Part shown: in pieces, positions 1 through 9,684 of the stretch | Layout of the letters: every line of letters starts with the position of its first letter | Numbering within the stretch: the stretch's first letter is position 1 | Assembly (NCBI GenBank): GCA_963778115.1 | Contig: CAVZSV010000005.1 | Coordinates: 352,001 to 416,000 of the forward strand | Reading direction: 5' to 3' | DNA length: 64,000 nt | Origin: an uncultured delta proteobacterium | Lineage (GTDB): Bacteria; Bdellovibrionota; FAC87; UBA2466 | Program-made: the position numbers and the translations under genes | The notes under the pieces: model-generated | Told to the model about the DNA's origin: nothing | Seen by the model: the letters and a program-made list of their open reading frames with translations, nothing else | The model's database searches: none

Positions 1-1080
1 GTGGGCGCCAATAATTACACGGTCACCGTCACCAATGCGGCGGGATTGAGCGCTCAGGCAAGTCTGGTGATTACGGTTATCCAGCCCACCAACACTCAGA
101 CGGTACAGGTCGACTCCGCTGTCCCCGGTGCTCCTATCGAACTGCTGTGGAACGTGGACTATCCTCAACAATGTGATGAAGGGCCGCAAAATTTCAAAGC
201 CAATGTGCAATACTTCTTTGATGCTTTGAACACCGCCCAAATTCACGATTCGGGAGTGCTCATCTCCAGTGACGCCAAAATGTTTGACGGCGTCCCGATG
301 ACCTCTCCCACGACGGGAATGCTAATGCTCTGGAGCGATCCTAATTTGGCAACCACGTTTGGAGCCTTATTTGATCTCTCCTATAGCGGGGGCGATTGCA
401 GCGATTGTGACAACTCACCTATCTGGTCGATGCAACGGTTCACCGATCATCTGCCAACGCTAAGTATCAACCAAAACGGATATAACGTGACGGGGGTTCC
501 TATCGACTCTTTGGTCTTCACAGAGAGGGCCGATAACTATCCGCACTATACCGCACAAAACGCGACCTACAAGAACTATACACCGACCGATTTTGCGAAC
601 GAGTTTGTCAGCTACTTCGACAAATCGCAGAAGGCCCTTCGCATCAATGCGCTGACTCCGCAGTGCTTAGACTGCGACGATACCAAGCCCGAGGCTAAAA
701 AAGCAAAATCCAATTCACTGGTAACCGCCAAAGACACGGGAACTGAGGCCTATCAGGCGTTAGTGACGGTAACAAAGGGAACTTACTATACGGAAGCCTG
801 CGACATGGATTGGGAACAGATGTTCCAAGACTATGCGCAAAAGGTTATCACCCGAGCCTATATCGATGCGAAGAGGGTCATCCCCCTCACCAAAGTGCCG
901 TATGATCCCACCAAGATCGTAGTAACCTTAGGGACAACGGTACTTACGGGCAACACCGGAAGTCCGGCAGACCTGTGGACCTACGACGCCACTCAAAATG
1001 CGGTCATCATCAACTGGTCGCTTATTGACGATACTCAGATCGCGGCAGGGACGATGTTGACGATTACGTATCCGATATAG
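1..1080 (+). CDS. 5'-truncated secreted/surface protein (end of an Ig/PKD-like strand followed by a vWA-like domain)
   Basis: Open frame from the window edge. YTVTVTNAAGLSAQASLVITV resembles the end of an Ig/PKD domain; IELLWNVD and a C-terminal beta-domain resemble vWA-like surface proteins of predatory deltaproteobacteria (by eye). Confidence 0.5.
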   Translation: MGANNYTVTVTNAAGLSAQASLVITVIQPTNTQTVQVDSAVPGAPIELLWNVDYPQQCDEGPQNFKANVQYFFDALNTAQIHDSGVLISSDAKMFDGVPMTSPTTGMLMLWSDPNLATTFGALFDLSYSGGDCSDCDNSPIWSMQRFTDHLPTLSINQNGYNVTGVPIDSLVFTERADNYPHYTAQNATYKNYTPTDFANEFVSYFDKSQKALRINALTPQCLDCDDTKPEAKKAKSNSLVTAKDTGTEAYQALVTVTKGTYYTEACDMDWEQMFQDYAQKVITRAYIDAKRVIPLTKVPYDPTKIVVTLGTTVLTGNTGSPADLWTYDATQNAVIINWSLIDDTQIAAGTMLTITYPI

Positions 1081-1255
1081 CTTCCCTCTGTCATTGCTGT
1101 GAGCCCGAAAGGCGAGGCGGCAACTGACGATCATAATCTGCACGGCCGCCTTTAGCCACCGCACGTCCAGGCTGCGTAATCTTTTCGCATCCTGCGCTAC
1201 CTTCGACTATGGGGGACCTATTTCTATTTCCCCAAAGCTTTGATACAACCCCGCC

Positions 1256-3361
1256 GTGCGTAAATCGGCCATCATCTTCGCTTTACTCCTTCAAATCGCT
1301 CTTTTTACCTTCCTCCTCAAAGACCAAGCCCTCTACGACGGCCCCTTCAAAAACGATCTTCATGGCCACGAAACCTACGTCTCTCTTTTTAAAACGTATT
1401 GGGCAAAAGGCTCCCTAGGGTTAGACGCTTGGGATAATCAATGTTGTTTTGGAGCCCCTGTCTTTCGCACATACCAACACCTAAGCCATATGGGGACGGC
1501 CTTGCTTTCTCAACTCACCGGCCTCTCCGTTTCACGATCGCTGAACCTTGTTCTCTGTTTTTTTTTGATTCTTCATGGACTGTCTTTTTTTCTCGCAGGC
1601 CGAATCCTAAGACTTCCGGATGCTATTTCCGTACTGGCGGCTTGGCTTTCCCCATTTATCGTCGATATCGTAACTTTTGGCCATCAGTCGTCAAGTTATC
1701 TCTACAACGGCTATGGAGTGTTTACGCAGGCCGTAGGGCTTCCCTTTTTTGTGGTTACCATTGCAGGTATCACAAGACTTGTAGATTCCCCCTCTAGCCG
1801 TATTTGGGCGACGGTAACCGCACTGGGACTCTCTCTCACCTTTGCGCTCCATCTTTTTTTGGGAGACTTCGCCATCTGTCTTCTCACCATCCTGGGTGTG
1901 CTTGGCCTTTGTCAAAAGAGGCTTCGGCCTACCGACTTGCTTTTCGTATGGGGAATTCCGGCGCTGGCATTACTAGCTACTAACGGCTACCAACTACTGA
2001 GCATTTGGCAGGATCGACCTCTCATGCATGCGGTAGAATCCGTAGTCCCCCGAAAAACGCAAGGGTACGGACTTTGGTATGTAGGTGTTCACCTGATAAA
2101 CGGCGACCTTTTAGACGCCGGGAGATTTCCCCTATTTACATTGCTAATGTGGCTTGGCCTTTTTTCTTCTTGGAGAAAACGAGACCTCCCATTCCTGAGG
2201 GTCTGGGTAATCTGCTGGGTATTAGGAGTCCTTCTGCTTTCCGGGCGGCATACCTTTGGCCCCCTATTAGATATCTTGCCTGGGATCTATTACGTTCACC
2301 TGGAACGAGCCGCTATTTTGATCGAAATCTCAAGCGTGTTTTTAGCTTCAGCCGGAACCTACTGGTTAGTCACTCTTTTCCCAAGACAACAAATTAGCGG
2401 AACATTGCTTGCCGTTGCTATCGTAAGCTATCTTTGCATCGCACCCCTTCGGGACTACAGGGAAAATAGGCGATCGGTTCTGGCCCAAAGTAAGAGTAAC
2501 TTAACGATTGATACCGAACTCCTTAGTGTGGCCCAACAACAGCCCGGCTATTTCTGGAGCAGGTATCTCAATGGAGAAAGCGCTAAGCAACGAATGTCAG
2601 TGGGAGAGATCCCGTACTGCTATGTCGCCTCTCACTTTAATCTGGCTCAGCTCGTTCGCCGCACTCACACCATGACCTTTCCCTCGCAGATGGTGTATTT
2701 TTTTGACTACAAGAACCCTGCTCATTACTCTATTTTTAATATTGCGACGGTAGGAGAAAAGGACAGCGCGACTTTAGATCTTGCCTTTCTTAGACCCCTA
2801 TATAGAGGTAACGGTCTTACTCTTTGGGCTACCCCTTCTTTGGGCTGGTTCGAGCTTGTCGGAATAGCCCTTTCGCAAATAATTCCCCAATCCTCGAGTT
2901 ACGTGAACGCCATCGATCAGTGGCTTACCGCAAATCCTTCGGCTGATAGCTATGCCGCTATTGTCCCCGAAGCGATTGCGCGTGCTTTTGCTTCGGCGGT
3001 TCCAAAGGCAATAAGCAAAAGAGTGGAGGGAAAGGTCCTCTCGCAAGGGGCAACTGATCTAAATACTTTTAGTGCCAAGATACAAACGTCAGAGGCGGGT
3101 ACGGCCGTTTTCAAAGCAGCCTACCACCCCGGCTGGCGGATCGAGGAAAATGGGAAAAGGGTCACGCCCACTTGGGTGGGTCTAGGCTTTATGGCCTTTC
3201 CGGTCGAGAAAGGAATTAACCGAATCGCATTTCACTTCACAGAAGATCCGGTTCGCGCCTTTCTCTTTTGGGTCGCGATAGTCAGTTATTCGCTTTTGGT
3301 GGGACTCGTCTGCTGGTTAATCGCTCTTGATAAGAGCGGGATAAGAAGACCGCCCACATAA
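1256..3361 (+). CDS. Polytopic membrane protein, GT-C/YfhO-like (PTPS-related membrane domain)
   Basis: About 12 hydrophobic segments; N-terminal DLHGH...W...G.P.F..Y motif; YfhO-like C-terminus AYHPGWRIEENGK...GFMAFPVEKG. Confidence 0.65.
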   Translation: MRKSAIIFALLLQIALFTFLLKDQALYDGPFKNDLHGHETYVSLFKTYWAKGSLGLDAWDNQCCFGAPVFRTYQHLSHMGTALLSQLTGLSVSRSLNLVLCFFLILHGLSFFLAGRILRLPDAISVLAAWLSPFIVDIVTFGHQSSSYLYNGYGVFTQAVGLPFFVVTIAGITRLVDSPSSRIWATVTALGLSLTFALHLFLGDFAICLLTILGVLGLCQKRLRPTDLLFVWGIPALALLATNGYQLLSIWQDRPLMHAVESVVPRKTQGYGLWYVGVHLINGDLLDAGRFPLFTLLMWLGLFSSWRKRDLPFLRVWVICWVLGVLLLSGRHTFGPLLDILPGIYYVHLERAAILIEISSVFLASAGTYWLVTLFPRQQISGTLLAVAIVSYLCIAPLRDYRENRRSVLAQSKSNLTIDTELLSVAQQQPGYFWSRYLNGESAKQRMSVGEIPYCYVASHFNLAQLVRRTHTMTFPSQMVYFFDYKNPAHYSIFNIATVGEKDSATLDLAFLRPLYRGNGLTLWATPSLGWFELVGIALSQIIPQSSSYVNAIDQWLTANPSADSYAAIVPEAIARAFASAVPKAISKRVEGKVLSQGATDLNTFSAKIQTSEAGTAVFKAAYHPGWRIEENGKRVTPTWVGLGFMAFPVEKGINRIAFHFTEDPVRAFLFWVAIVSYSLLVGLVCWLIALDKSGIRRPPT

Positions 3362-4494
3362 TGAGCGACAATAATCGCGATACCAATAGTTCCTAGATGG
3401 TTCATGAAATGGATAAGGGATTTCGTATCCCAGCCATAGACGTGCAAAAGCCTGTCGATATCTCCATTCTTGTCATCGCCGCCGTACAACATACTCCCTA
3501 CGGGAAGTCTAGCTGTCCCTCGGGCAATATCTTTCCATAACTGCCAGGAATCTAAAAACGCAAAGAAGGAAATAAGCGCCGCCGGAAACCGCCAAAAATC
3601 CCATCTTATTTTTCCCGGCAGAGGATAGTAAAAGGCAATTATTCCCAACGTACTTAAGTAGCATTGACCTAAAATCCCCCCGATGACAGAGAAGTGATCT
3701 TGCTGAAGTGACGAGATGCCAAAGGTCACCCAGGTTTGCAAAGTCATCCAACCCAAAGCAAGTAAGGGCACCGTCTTATTTTTTTCTCTTATTCCCCAGA
3801 AAAAAAGAGCAGAGCTCCCCACCCACCCCAAAACGTAGAGTCCCAGAGATCTTTGCGTAGAAAGCACGGTCTCTCCGATAAACAACGGCAAGGCAAAGCG
3901 GCTAGCGAGCCAATTGCTAACGGCATGGCCGAACTCATGAAAATTAAGTGAAATAAATAACCATAGAAAGGGACGAACGGAAGACTTCACCAATCCTAAA
4001 GCCACTACAAAAACTATAGGAAGCGTTAAAGCGTTGACCGCGGAATTGGGGTACGGCAATCCTTGGTCTTCCTCGTTGTCGACGGCAAGAAGCGGCGAAC
4101 AAGACGGCTTTTCTTTCGCTTTCCCTCCTTTGCGCAGGACTTGTAAGTGACGAATCTCATCGAGATCGTCTCTCTTAAGCCATATCCCCTGACAACAAGA
4201 GCAGTAGTTTACTTGCACCGTGGCCTCAAGCGCTAACGGTTCATAGGGCAACTGCTCAAGCCTTACCTTGGGACACTTGGGGCATTTCATCACCGTGGGG
4301 CGGGCCAAAATTAATGAGTGCGAGAGGTCGGGAAGGTCACTCTTACTACCTAGGTAAGTTCCAAGTTCTCTTTGGTCTAGCCACAGGTGACGACAGCCCG
4401 TACAGAACTTTACAAAGAGTCCCGGTTCCATTTCAAAATCGGGACTCACGGCCCCACAACCAGGACAATGAAACTGTGATTTGGGTACTTCCAT
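3286..4494 (-). CDS. Tandem zf-TFIIB-like zinc ribbons fused to an M50-like membrane metallopeptidase domain
   Basis: Two CPxC...CxxCxx(L/I)WL ribbons; HEFGH in a TM helix; late NGD motif. Confidence 0.65.
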   Translation of the reverse strand: MEVPKSQFHCPGCGAVSPDFEMEPGLFVKFCTGCRHLWLDQRELGTYLGSKSDLPDLSHSLILARPTVMKCPKCPKVRLEQLPYEPLALEATVQVNYCSCCQGIWLKRDDLDEIRHLQVLRKGGKAKEKPSCSPLLAVDNEEDQGLPYPNSAVNALTLPIVFVVALGLVKSSVRPFLWLFISLNFHEFGHAVSNWLASRFALPLFIGETVLSTQRSLGLYVLGWVGSSALFFWGIREKNKTVPLLALGWMTLQTWVTFGISSLQQDHFSVIGGILGQCYLSTLGIIAFYYPLPGKIRWDFWRFPAALISFFAFLDSWQLWKDIARGTARLPVGSMLYGGDDKNGDIDRLLHVYGWDTKSLIHFMNHLGTIGIAIIVAHYVGGLLIPLLSRAINQQTSPTKSE

Positions 4495-4677
4495 CCATCC
4501 CCTCGAATTCCACAGAGAAAAAGGTCAGATACCTCATCGGAATTTCTACCAAAAACATAGATGGCCCGATGCATTATTTGATTACCGTTCAACTGGGAAA
4601 GGAGAGAGAGAAAAAAAAAGCGGCCCAAGCTATCATTCGCTCGAGCCGCTTAGATAATGAATCGATGCGCGCTTAGC

Positions 4678-4863
4678 CTAGACGGGGCCGGTACATTCAT
4701 CCACATGATCGCCGTGCACTCGGTGGTAATGACCATCGTGAAGGTAGTCGGTATGATCACCGTGCTTTACGGCCTTGTGACCGCAATTTTCCCCATGCTT
4801 ATGGGCGTGGCCTTCGTGTTTATCGCATTGACCTGACTGTTTTTGATTATTTGCATCACTCAT
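4678..4863 (-). CDS. Small His/Cys-rich putative metal-binding protein
   Basis: 61 aa with 12 His and 3 Cys (HGENCGHKAVKHGDHTDYLHDGH); AGGAG SD upstream. Confidence 0.8.
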   Translation of the reverse strand: MSDANNQKQSGQCDKHEGHAHKHGENCGHKAVKHGDHTDYLHDGHYHRVHGDHVDECTGPV

Positions 4864-4955
4864 CTGGTACTCCTAAAAAATGGATTTCCCCCTATTGAAA
4901 ACCCGAGGGATCTATAGCCCCGGCCGACAGAGGAAGTCAAACGGGAGGCCCTAGC

Positions 4956-5936
4956 TCAGCTTACCGGAGGCTTCGTGGGAAAGGTGAAAACCGATCTTAG
5001 GTCTTTCATCGCAAGTCCCGGATAGGTAACCGAAGTCAGCTCCTTTTGCTTGCGCTCTTTCTTTCGATTCAGTGTCACCGACTCCAGCATGAGGTCAGCG
5101 GGAACCATCTCTCGGCATTTGCTACAGGATGCCATGGTTAATACCAACCCCGTCGGAGCGGCTGGCTGAGGATCACAGGAAGTAAATTCAGATACCCTTC
5201 CACTTTTAAGGACATCCAAAGTCTTTGGTTTCTCGCCGCCAAAATTTCCTAAAATCTCGAGAGCTTTCCAATTATGACAACGGCCGCAGTACGGAAAACG
5301 CGCCTGCTTGCGCAAGGTAATAAAAGCAATGCCCGCCACAATTCCTATTTCGATTAACCAATAAATATAGGTTCCCCAGTACCCCAGATTAATACCTTTG
5401 CGTCCGTGATTAGAGATGGAAACTCCTTCGTGGGCCAGATATTCGATGTAAGTAATAAAGCTCCTAGAGGCTTCGTAGGCGTCGTCCATCTCCTTAAACG
5501 CAACGCTATCTTCATCTCCTAGCGATTGCATAAAGGTAGCTTTCGCTTCAGGCGTATCTTCGAGATACGTCTTTAGTTGCGGATCGAGCGTTTCAAATTG
5601 TTTGGCAAATCGATAGTACGAAGAATAGTGCATGACGAACATGGCAAACAGCCCGCCCAAAAGGCCCGCTAGTGCCGCTAAAGAAGCATTTCTTATCTTG
5701 GACTGATGAATCACCTTTCCGCCAACAAAGCCAAGTGCGATTCCGATTCCGACAGGAAAGAGGATCACTAGATAAAACCACTGGCTGATATAGTCGGCAA
5801 TTAGCCCTAGCAGGGCCCCGGTAATGGCTAAAGCCCCTAAGAGCTGCACAATGCCCGCGGTTTCAAATCCATTATCGGGACGATAATTTGAGACCGGATA
5901 GACGGTATGGGAAACGGGAGAATCGGTATCAGCCAT
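4956..5936 (-). CDS. Membrane protein with C-terminal Cys pairs (CGRC, CSKC)
   Basis: Four TM segments; ATG at 5936 preceded by GAAGGA. Confidence 0.6.
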   Translation of the reverse strand: MADTDSPVSHTVYPVSNYRPDNGFETAGIVQLLGALAITGALLGLIADYISQWFYLVILFPVGIGIALGFVGGKVIHQSKIRNASLAALAGLLGGLFAMFVMHYSSYYRFAKQFETLDPQLKTYLEDTPEAKATFMQSLGDEDSVAFKEMDDAYEASRSFITYIEYLAHEGVSISNHGRKGINLGYWGTYIYWLIEIGIVAGIAFITLRKQARFPYCGRCHNWKALEILGNFGGEKPKTLDVLKSGRVSEFTSCDPQPAAPTGLVLTMASCSKCREMVPADLMLESVTLNRKKERKQKELTSVTYPGLAMKDLRSVFTFPTKPPVS

Positions 5937-6196
5937 GGGAAATTTCCTTCGTGCCAATCGTTAGGTAATTATGACGGGTATAGCACAATTTCGTGACCCC
6001 GCCTTGTCTGGTTCTATCGGAATTTCGTAAGACTTCGCTTAGGGCTGTTTCAGACGATGGGAATACGCTAACCAGTCCGACAACTGGCTGCCAGTTTAGA
6101 CACTAAGATCAATGGCCTTCCCTAATTTAACGTGGAGAAACGCTGGTACTACGCTTGCAGAGAGAAGCCAGCGGAACTTTTGCTGTGAAAGGCCAC

Positions 6197-8056
6197 ATGA
6201 ATACTCTTTCTTGCTCCGAGAATACAAACCCAAACTCATTTATCAATGGCAAACACTTCTTTCTGGTTTTGTTAGTGGCGCTGTCGGTAATTTCCTGCTT
6301 ATCGGCAAGAGCGCAATGGTGTTCCGCGTATTGTGTTCAAACCACCTGCACCGATTATGACGACTTTGGAAATTGCCTGTCCTCTTACTGTAGCGAGTAT
6401 GCCTATGGGGAAACGATTTCCGTTCAGGGAACGGTAACCACGGCTAGTGGAGCCCCTTTGGCCAATGCCCTCGTTAACGTCCAGGATACCGGGCCCAATA
6501 CCTTCGGAACCAATGGCGGACAGAACTGGGTACTAACTAATTCTAGCGGCAAGTACAACACCTCCCTTTACATAGCCGATGATTATAACGGAGACTTCGA
6601 ATTTTCTTCCTGTGCCGTCGGCCTTCCGCAAAATGCCCAGAACTGCCAACAGGTCACCGTAGCGGATAATTGTCAGAGCAGCCAAACACTCAACTTCAAA
6701 CTTTCACCCGCTCCCGCAACGATTGCACTTGCCTACGGACAAGACTGCCCCTCGGGAAGCACTTGTACCTATTATGGAGCCGCCGGAAGTACTACCGTAT
6801 CGATGGCGTGCGCCTCAGGAACGATGAATGTCTCTAACGCTACCTTTGGTGGCGACGGGGGCGAGTTGAACTGCCTTTCCTATGTGTCGCCCATTTGCCA
6901 AAACGAATCTAGCTGCTCGCTTTCTTATTCAGTAAGCCATTGCGGAGGGGATCCCGATCCCGGCTTCTCCAAAGCAGGCGTGACAACAGTCACTTGTAGC
7001 GGCCCTGCTGCCGCAGCCCCTATTATTCTAGCTCCCGGAGGAAGTTGTCCGTTAGGAAGTACTTGCGTCTTTGGACCAGCCATCGGGGAGACCAACGCCT
7101 CCTTTGCCTGTGGTGCCGGCGGAGAGCTTTCCCTTATCAGTGGCGTTTTCACCTCAGGTTTCTTAGGGCTCAATTGCTCTTCTTATTTCTCGCAAGAATG
7201 CGCGCAGGACGCTAGCTGTACCGCAAGTTTCAGCACGACTAGCTGTGGAGATCCGGACGGAGGTTCAAAGAAGTTCTTACTAGGCTCCGTATCTTGCGTT
7301 CCCCTGGAGCCCTTGGCGGATCTTATCGTGACCTCAGTCACACCAGCTACGACCTCTGCCGTTCTCAATACGCCCATGAATTTTTCAGTCGTCGTGAAAA
7401 ACCAAGGAGGCAGTACCGCCAGTAATTTCGTCGTAACCCTATATAATAATCCTAGCGGAACTCCCTTTAGTTCGTCCTTCAATAATAACGCTTCCCCTAC
7501 TAGATCGGTTACGGTGGGTTCTCTGGCGGCAGGCCAGAGTACGACTCTGAACATCACTACCACCTATACGAGCACCGGCTCCCGCGGCACTTACGTACTG
7601 GTCGATAGCACCCAAGTCGTAAAAGAATCCAACGAAAGTAACAATTCTTTTGGCCCCATCGCGATAAACGTGGTCTCAACCCCTGTGTCTTTGCCCGACC
7701 TACTCATTACGTCGGCAACTCCTTCGACTTCATCGCCCGCAGTAAATGCCACGGTCACTTATACGGTAACCGTAAAAAACCAAGGCGGCAGTACGGCTTC
7801 CAACTTTGTAGTGACTGTGTTTAACAATCCAGGTGGAACGCCCTTTACCTCTTCATTTAACAATAACAGCTCCCCCACTAGCTCCGTTACCGTGGGTTCG
7901 CTAGCGGCAGGTCAAAGCACGACGCTAAAGATCAATACCGCTTATTCTTCCGCGGGAAGCCGAGGGACCTACGTTCTTGTGGACAGCACGCAGGTCGTAA
8001 AGGAATCCAACGAAAACAATAATTCCTTTGGACCCATATCGATTAAATCTCATTGA
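6197..8056 (+). CDS. Secreted Cys-rich protein: carboxypeptidase-regulatory-like domain, 2 SUEL/Gal-lectin-like domains, 2 CARDB domains
   Basis: Signal peptide; VQGTVTTASGAPLANALV; two C...(V/F)S..C....SC...C(G)GDPD.G..K repeats; two near-identical DL.VTS...VKNQGG...VDST.VVKESNE.NN CARDB repeats. Confidence 0.75.
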   Translation: MNTLSCSENTNPNSFINGKHFFLVLLVALSVISCLSARAQWCSAYCVQTTCTDYDDFGNCLSSYCSEYAYGETISVQGTVTTASGAPLANALVNVQDTGPNTFGTNGGQNWVLTNSSGKYNTSLYIADDYNGDFEFSSCAVGLPQNAQNCQQVTVADNCQSSQTLNFKLSPAPATIALAYGQDCPSGSTCTYYGAAGSTTVSMACASGTMNVSNATFGGDGGELNCLSYVSPICQNESSCSLSYSVSHCGGDPDPGFSKAGVTTVTCSGPAAAAPIILAPGGSCPLGSTCVFGPAIGETNASFACGAGGELSLISGVFTSGFLGLNCSSYFSQECAQDASCTASFSTTSCGDPDGGSKKFLLGSVSCVPLEPLADLIVTSVTPATTSAVLNTPMNFSVVVKNQGGSTASNFVVTLYNNPSGTPFSSSFNNNASPTRSVTVGSLAAGQSTTLNITTTYTSTGSRGTYVLVDSTQVVKESNESNNSFGPIAINVVSTPVSLPDLLITSATPSTSSPAVNATVTYTVTVKNQGGSTASNFVVTVFNNPGGTPFTSSFNNNSSPTSSVTVGSLAAGQSTTLKINTAYSSAGSRGTYVLVDSTQVVKESNENNNSFGPISIKSH

Positions 8057-8222
8057 GTGGGGAGCCCGCATCACTCCAAAATCGGCAAAGTAAATGCCTT
8101 TTCTGTTGCGAAAAGCCCTAAGGGCGAGTGAGCAATCTTGGCGCGCATAGGTACTCGTTTGGATGGGAACATTTACAATAACCATTGAGCGCGCCCCTTT
8201 TTTCGCATACCCTTCAACCTCT

Positions 8223-8711
8223 ATGAACTTCAAAGACGGTGAGTGGAAACAAAAGATGAGAGACTGGGGAGTACTTGCTATTTCCTCGGGGGGAGGGGCA
8301 GGATACTTTCCGGTGGCTCCCGGCACCATGGGCTCGGTAGTCGGTGTCTTAATCGTTTGGATCTTTCGCGACACTCCGCTCTTTTTTATGTGCGCGCTCA
8401 CTCTTTTTCTCATGGGAGTTGGGGTCTGGGCTGGTCATGAAGCGGGTAAACTCTATAAAGAAGCCGACTGTGGCAAGATAGTCATTGATGAGATTGTCGG
8501 AGTCATGGTTACCATGATAGGAATTCCAATAAGCGGTTATTGGTTGGGGTTTGGGTTTGTCCTGTTTCGCGTCTTCGACGTCACTAAGCCCCCACCTGCT
8601 AACTTTTTTGATAGGAAGATGAAAAATGGTTGGGGAGTCATGATGGACGACGTGGTGGCTGGGATTTATTCCAATATATTGTTGCATCTTATTCTTAGGG
8701 CAACCATTTAA
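8223..8711 (+). CDS. pgpA: Phosphatidylglycerophosphatase A family
   Basis: GYFPVAPGTMGS, D.GKIVIDEIVG, FRVFDVTKP and GVMMDDVVAG motifs. Confidence 0.92.
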   Translation: MNFKDGEWKQKMRDWGVLAISSGGGAGYFPVAPGTMGSVVGVLIVWIFRDTPLFFMCALTLFLMGVGVWAGHEAGKLYKEADCGKIVIDEIVGVMVTMIGIPISGYWLGFGFVLFRVFDVTKPPPANFFDRKMKNGWGVMMDDVVAGIYSNILLHLILRATI

Positions 8712-8724
8712 CTCTTTTTTTGAC

Positions 8725-9684
8725 ATGAACTTTAGACAGGAATGGCTCCAGTGGTGGAAAAGCCGCGGACTTGCGTCAAAAACACTTCCTATCCTTCTGC
8801 TGGCACTTTATTGGACGACGTTACTTTACTTGAATGGATTACACGGCGATCTCATCGTCATGAGTCTAATACCCACCATACTTTATTACTTAGGCCCCAA
8901 GTTCCATTCCGTTCTGTCGTTTTTGCTACCGCTCTTTTTGACCTCCATCATCTACGATTCGCAACGATACTATTCTGATTTTCTAAGAGGCCCCATCCAT
9001 GTCGAACAGCCCTACCATTTTGATAAGAGGTTTTTTGGAATAGCGACTCCCGAAGGAGTGCTCACTCCAAACGAATGGTGGCAACTTCATACATCCCCCA
9101 TTCTCGATTTCTTCTGTGGAGTGAGTTACATCATTTTTATTCCCTTCTTTGTTCTGACCTCAGCCTACTTTTGCTTTTGGGCTTCCCGCAAAGGCACCCG
9201 TAAAGTTTCGGCCTCTGAAATCCGCTACCGCGCTCCGCAAATGATGTGGGCCTTTCTTTGGGTCAACCTCATTGGCTATTCCACCTACTATTGGTATGCG
9301 GCAGCACCTCCTTGGTATGTCGCTTTATACGGTCTAGGCCCAGCCCAATTAGGGGTGCCGGCGAACCTGGCGGGTTGCGCGCGCTTCGACGCTCTGGTGG
9401 GTCTTCCCATCTTTAAGAATTGGTACGGAAGATCGGCGGATGTCTTTGGCGCCATCCCTTCCTTGCACGTCTCTTACCCTTTCATAGGAGCTTACTTCGC
9501 GTGGCGCTTCGGAGCACTTCGGCTGGTAACGACGGCTTTTTATCTGCTTATCTGTTTTTCGGCTATCTATCTCGACCACCATTATGTGTTGGATGTTCTT
9601 TTAGGATCGGGATACGCGCTTGCCGTAGCGATGACTTGTGATTGGTTCTGGGGAAGGGAGCCCAAGATTACGGACGGGAATTAA
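8725..9684 (+). CDS. Inositol phosphorylceramide synthase (Aur1/PAP2_3)-like membrane phosphotransferase
   Basis: AAPPWY, FGAIPSLH and YLDHHYVLD catalytic motifs; multiple TM segments. Confidence 0.85.
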   Translation: MNFRQEWLQWWKSRGLASKTLPILLLALYWTTLLYLNGLHGDLIVMSLIPTILYYLGPKFHSVLSFLLPLFLTSIIYDSQRYYSDFLRGPIHVEQPYHFDKRFFGIATPEGVLTPNEWWQLHTSPILDFFCGVSYIIFIPFFVLTSAYFCFWASRKGTRKVSASEIRYRAPQMMWAFLWVNLIGYSTYYWYAAAPPWYVALYGLGPAQLGVPANLAGCARFDALVGLPIFKNWYGRSADVFGAIPSLHVSYPFIGAYFAWRFGALRLVTTAFYLLICFSAIYLDHHYVLDVLLGSGYALAVAMTCDWFWGREPKITDGN

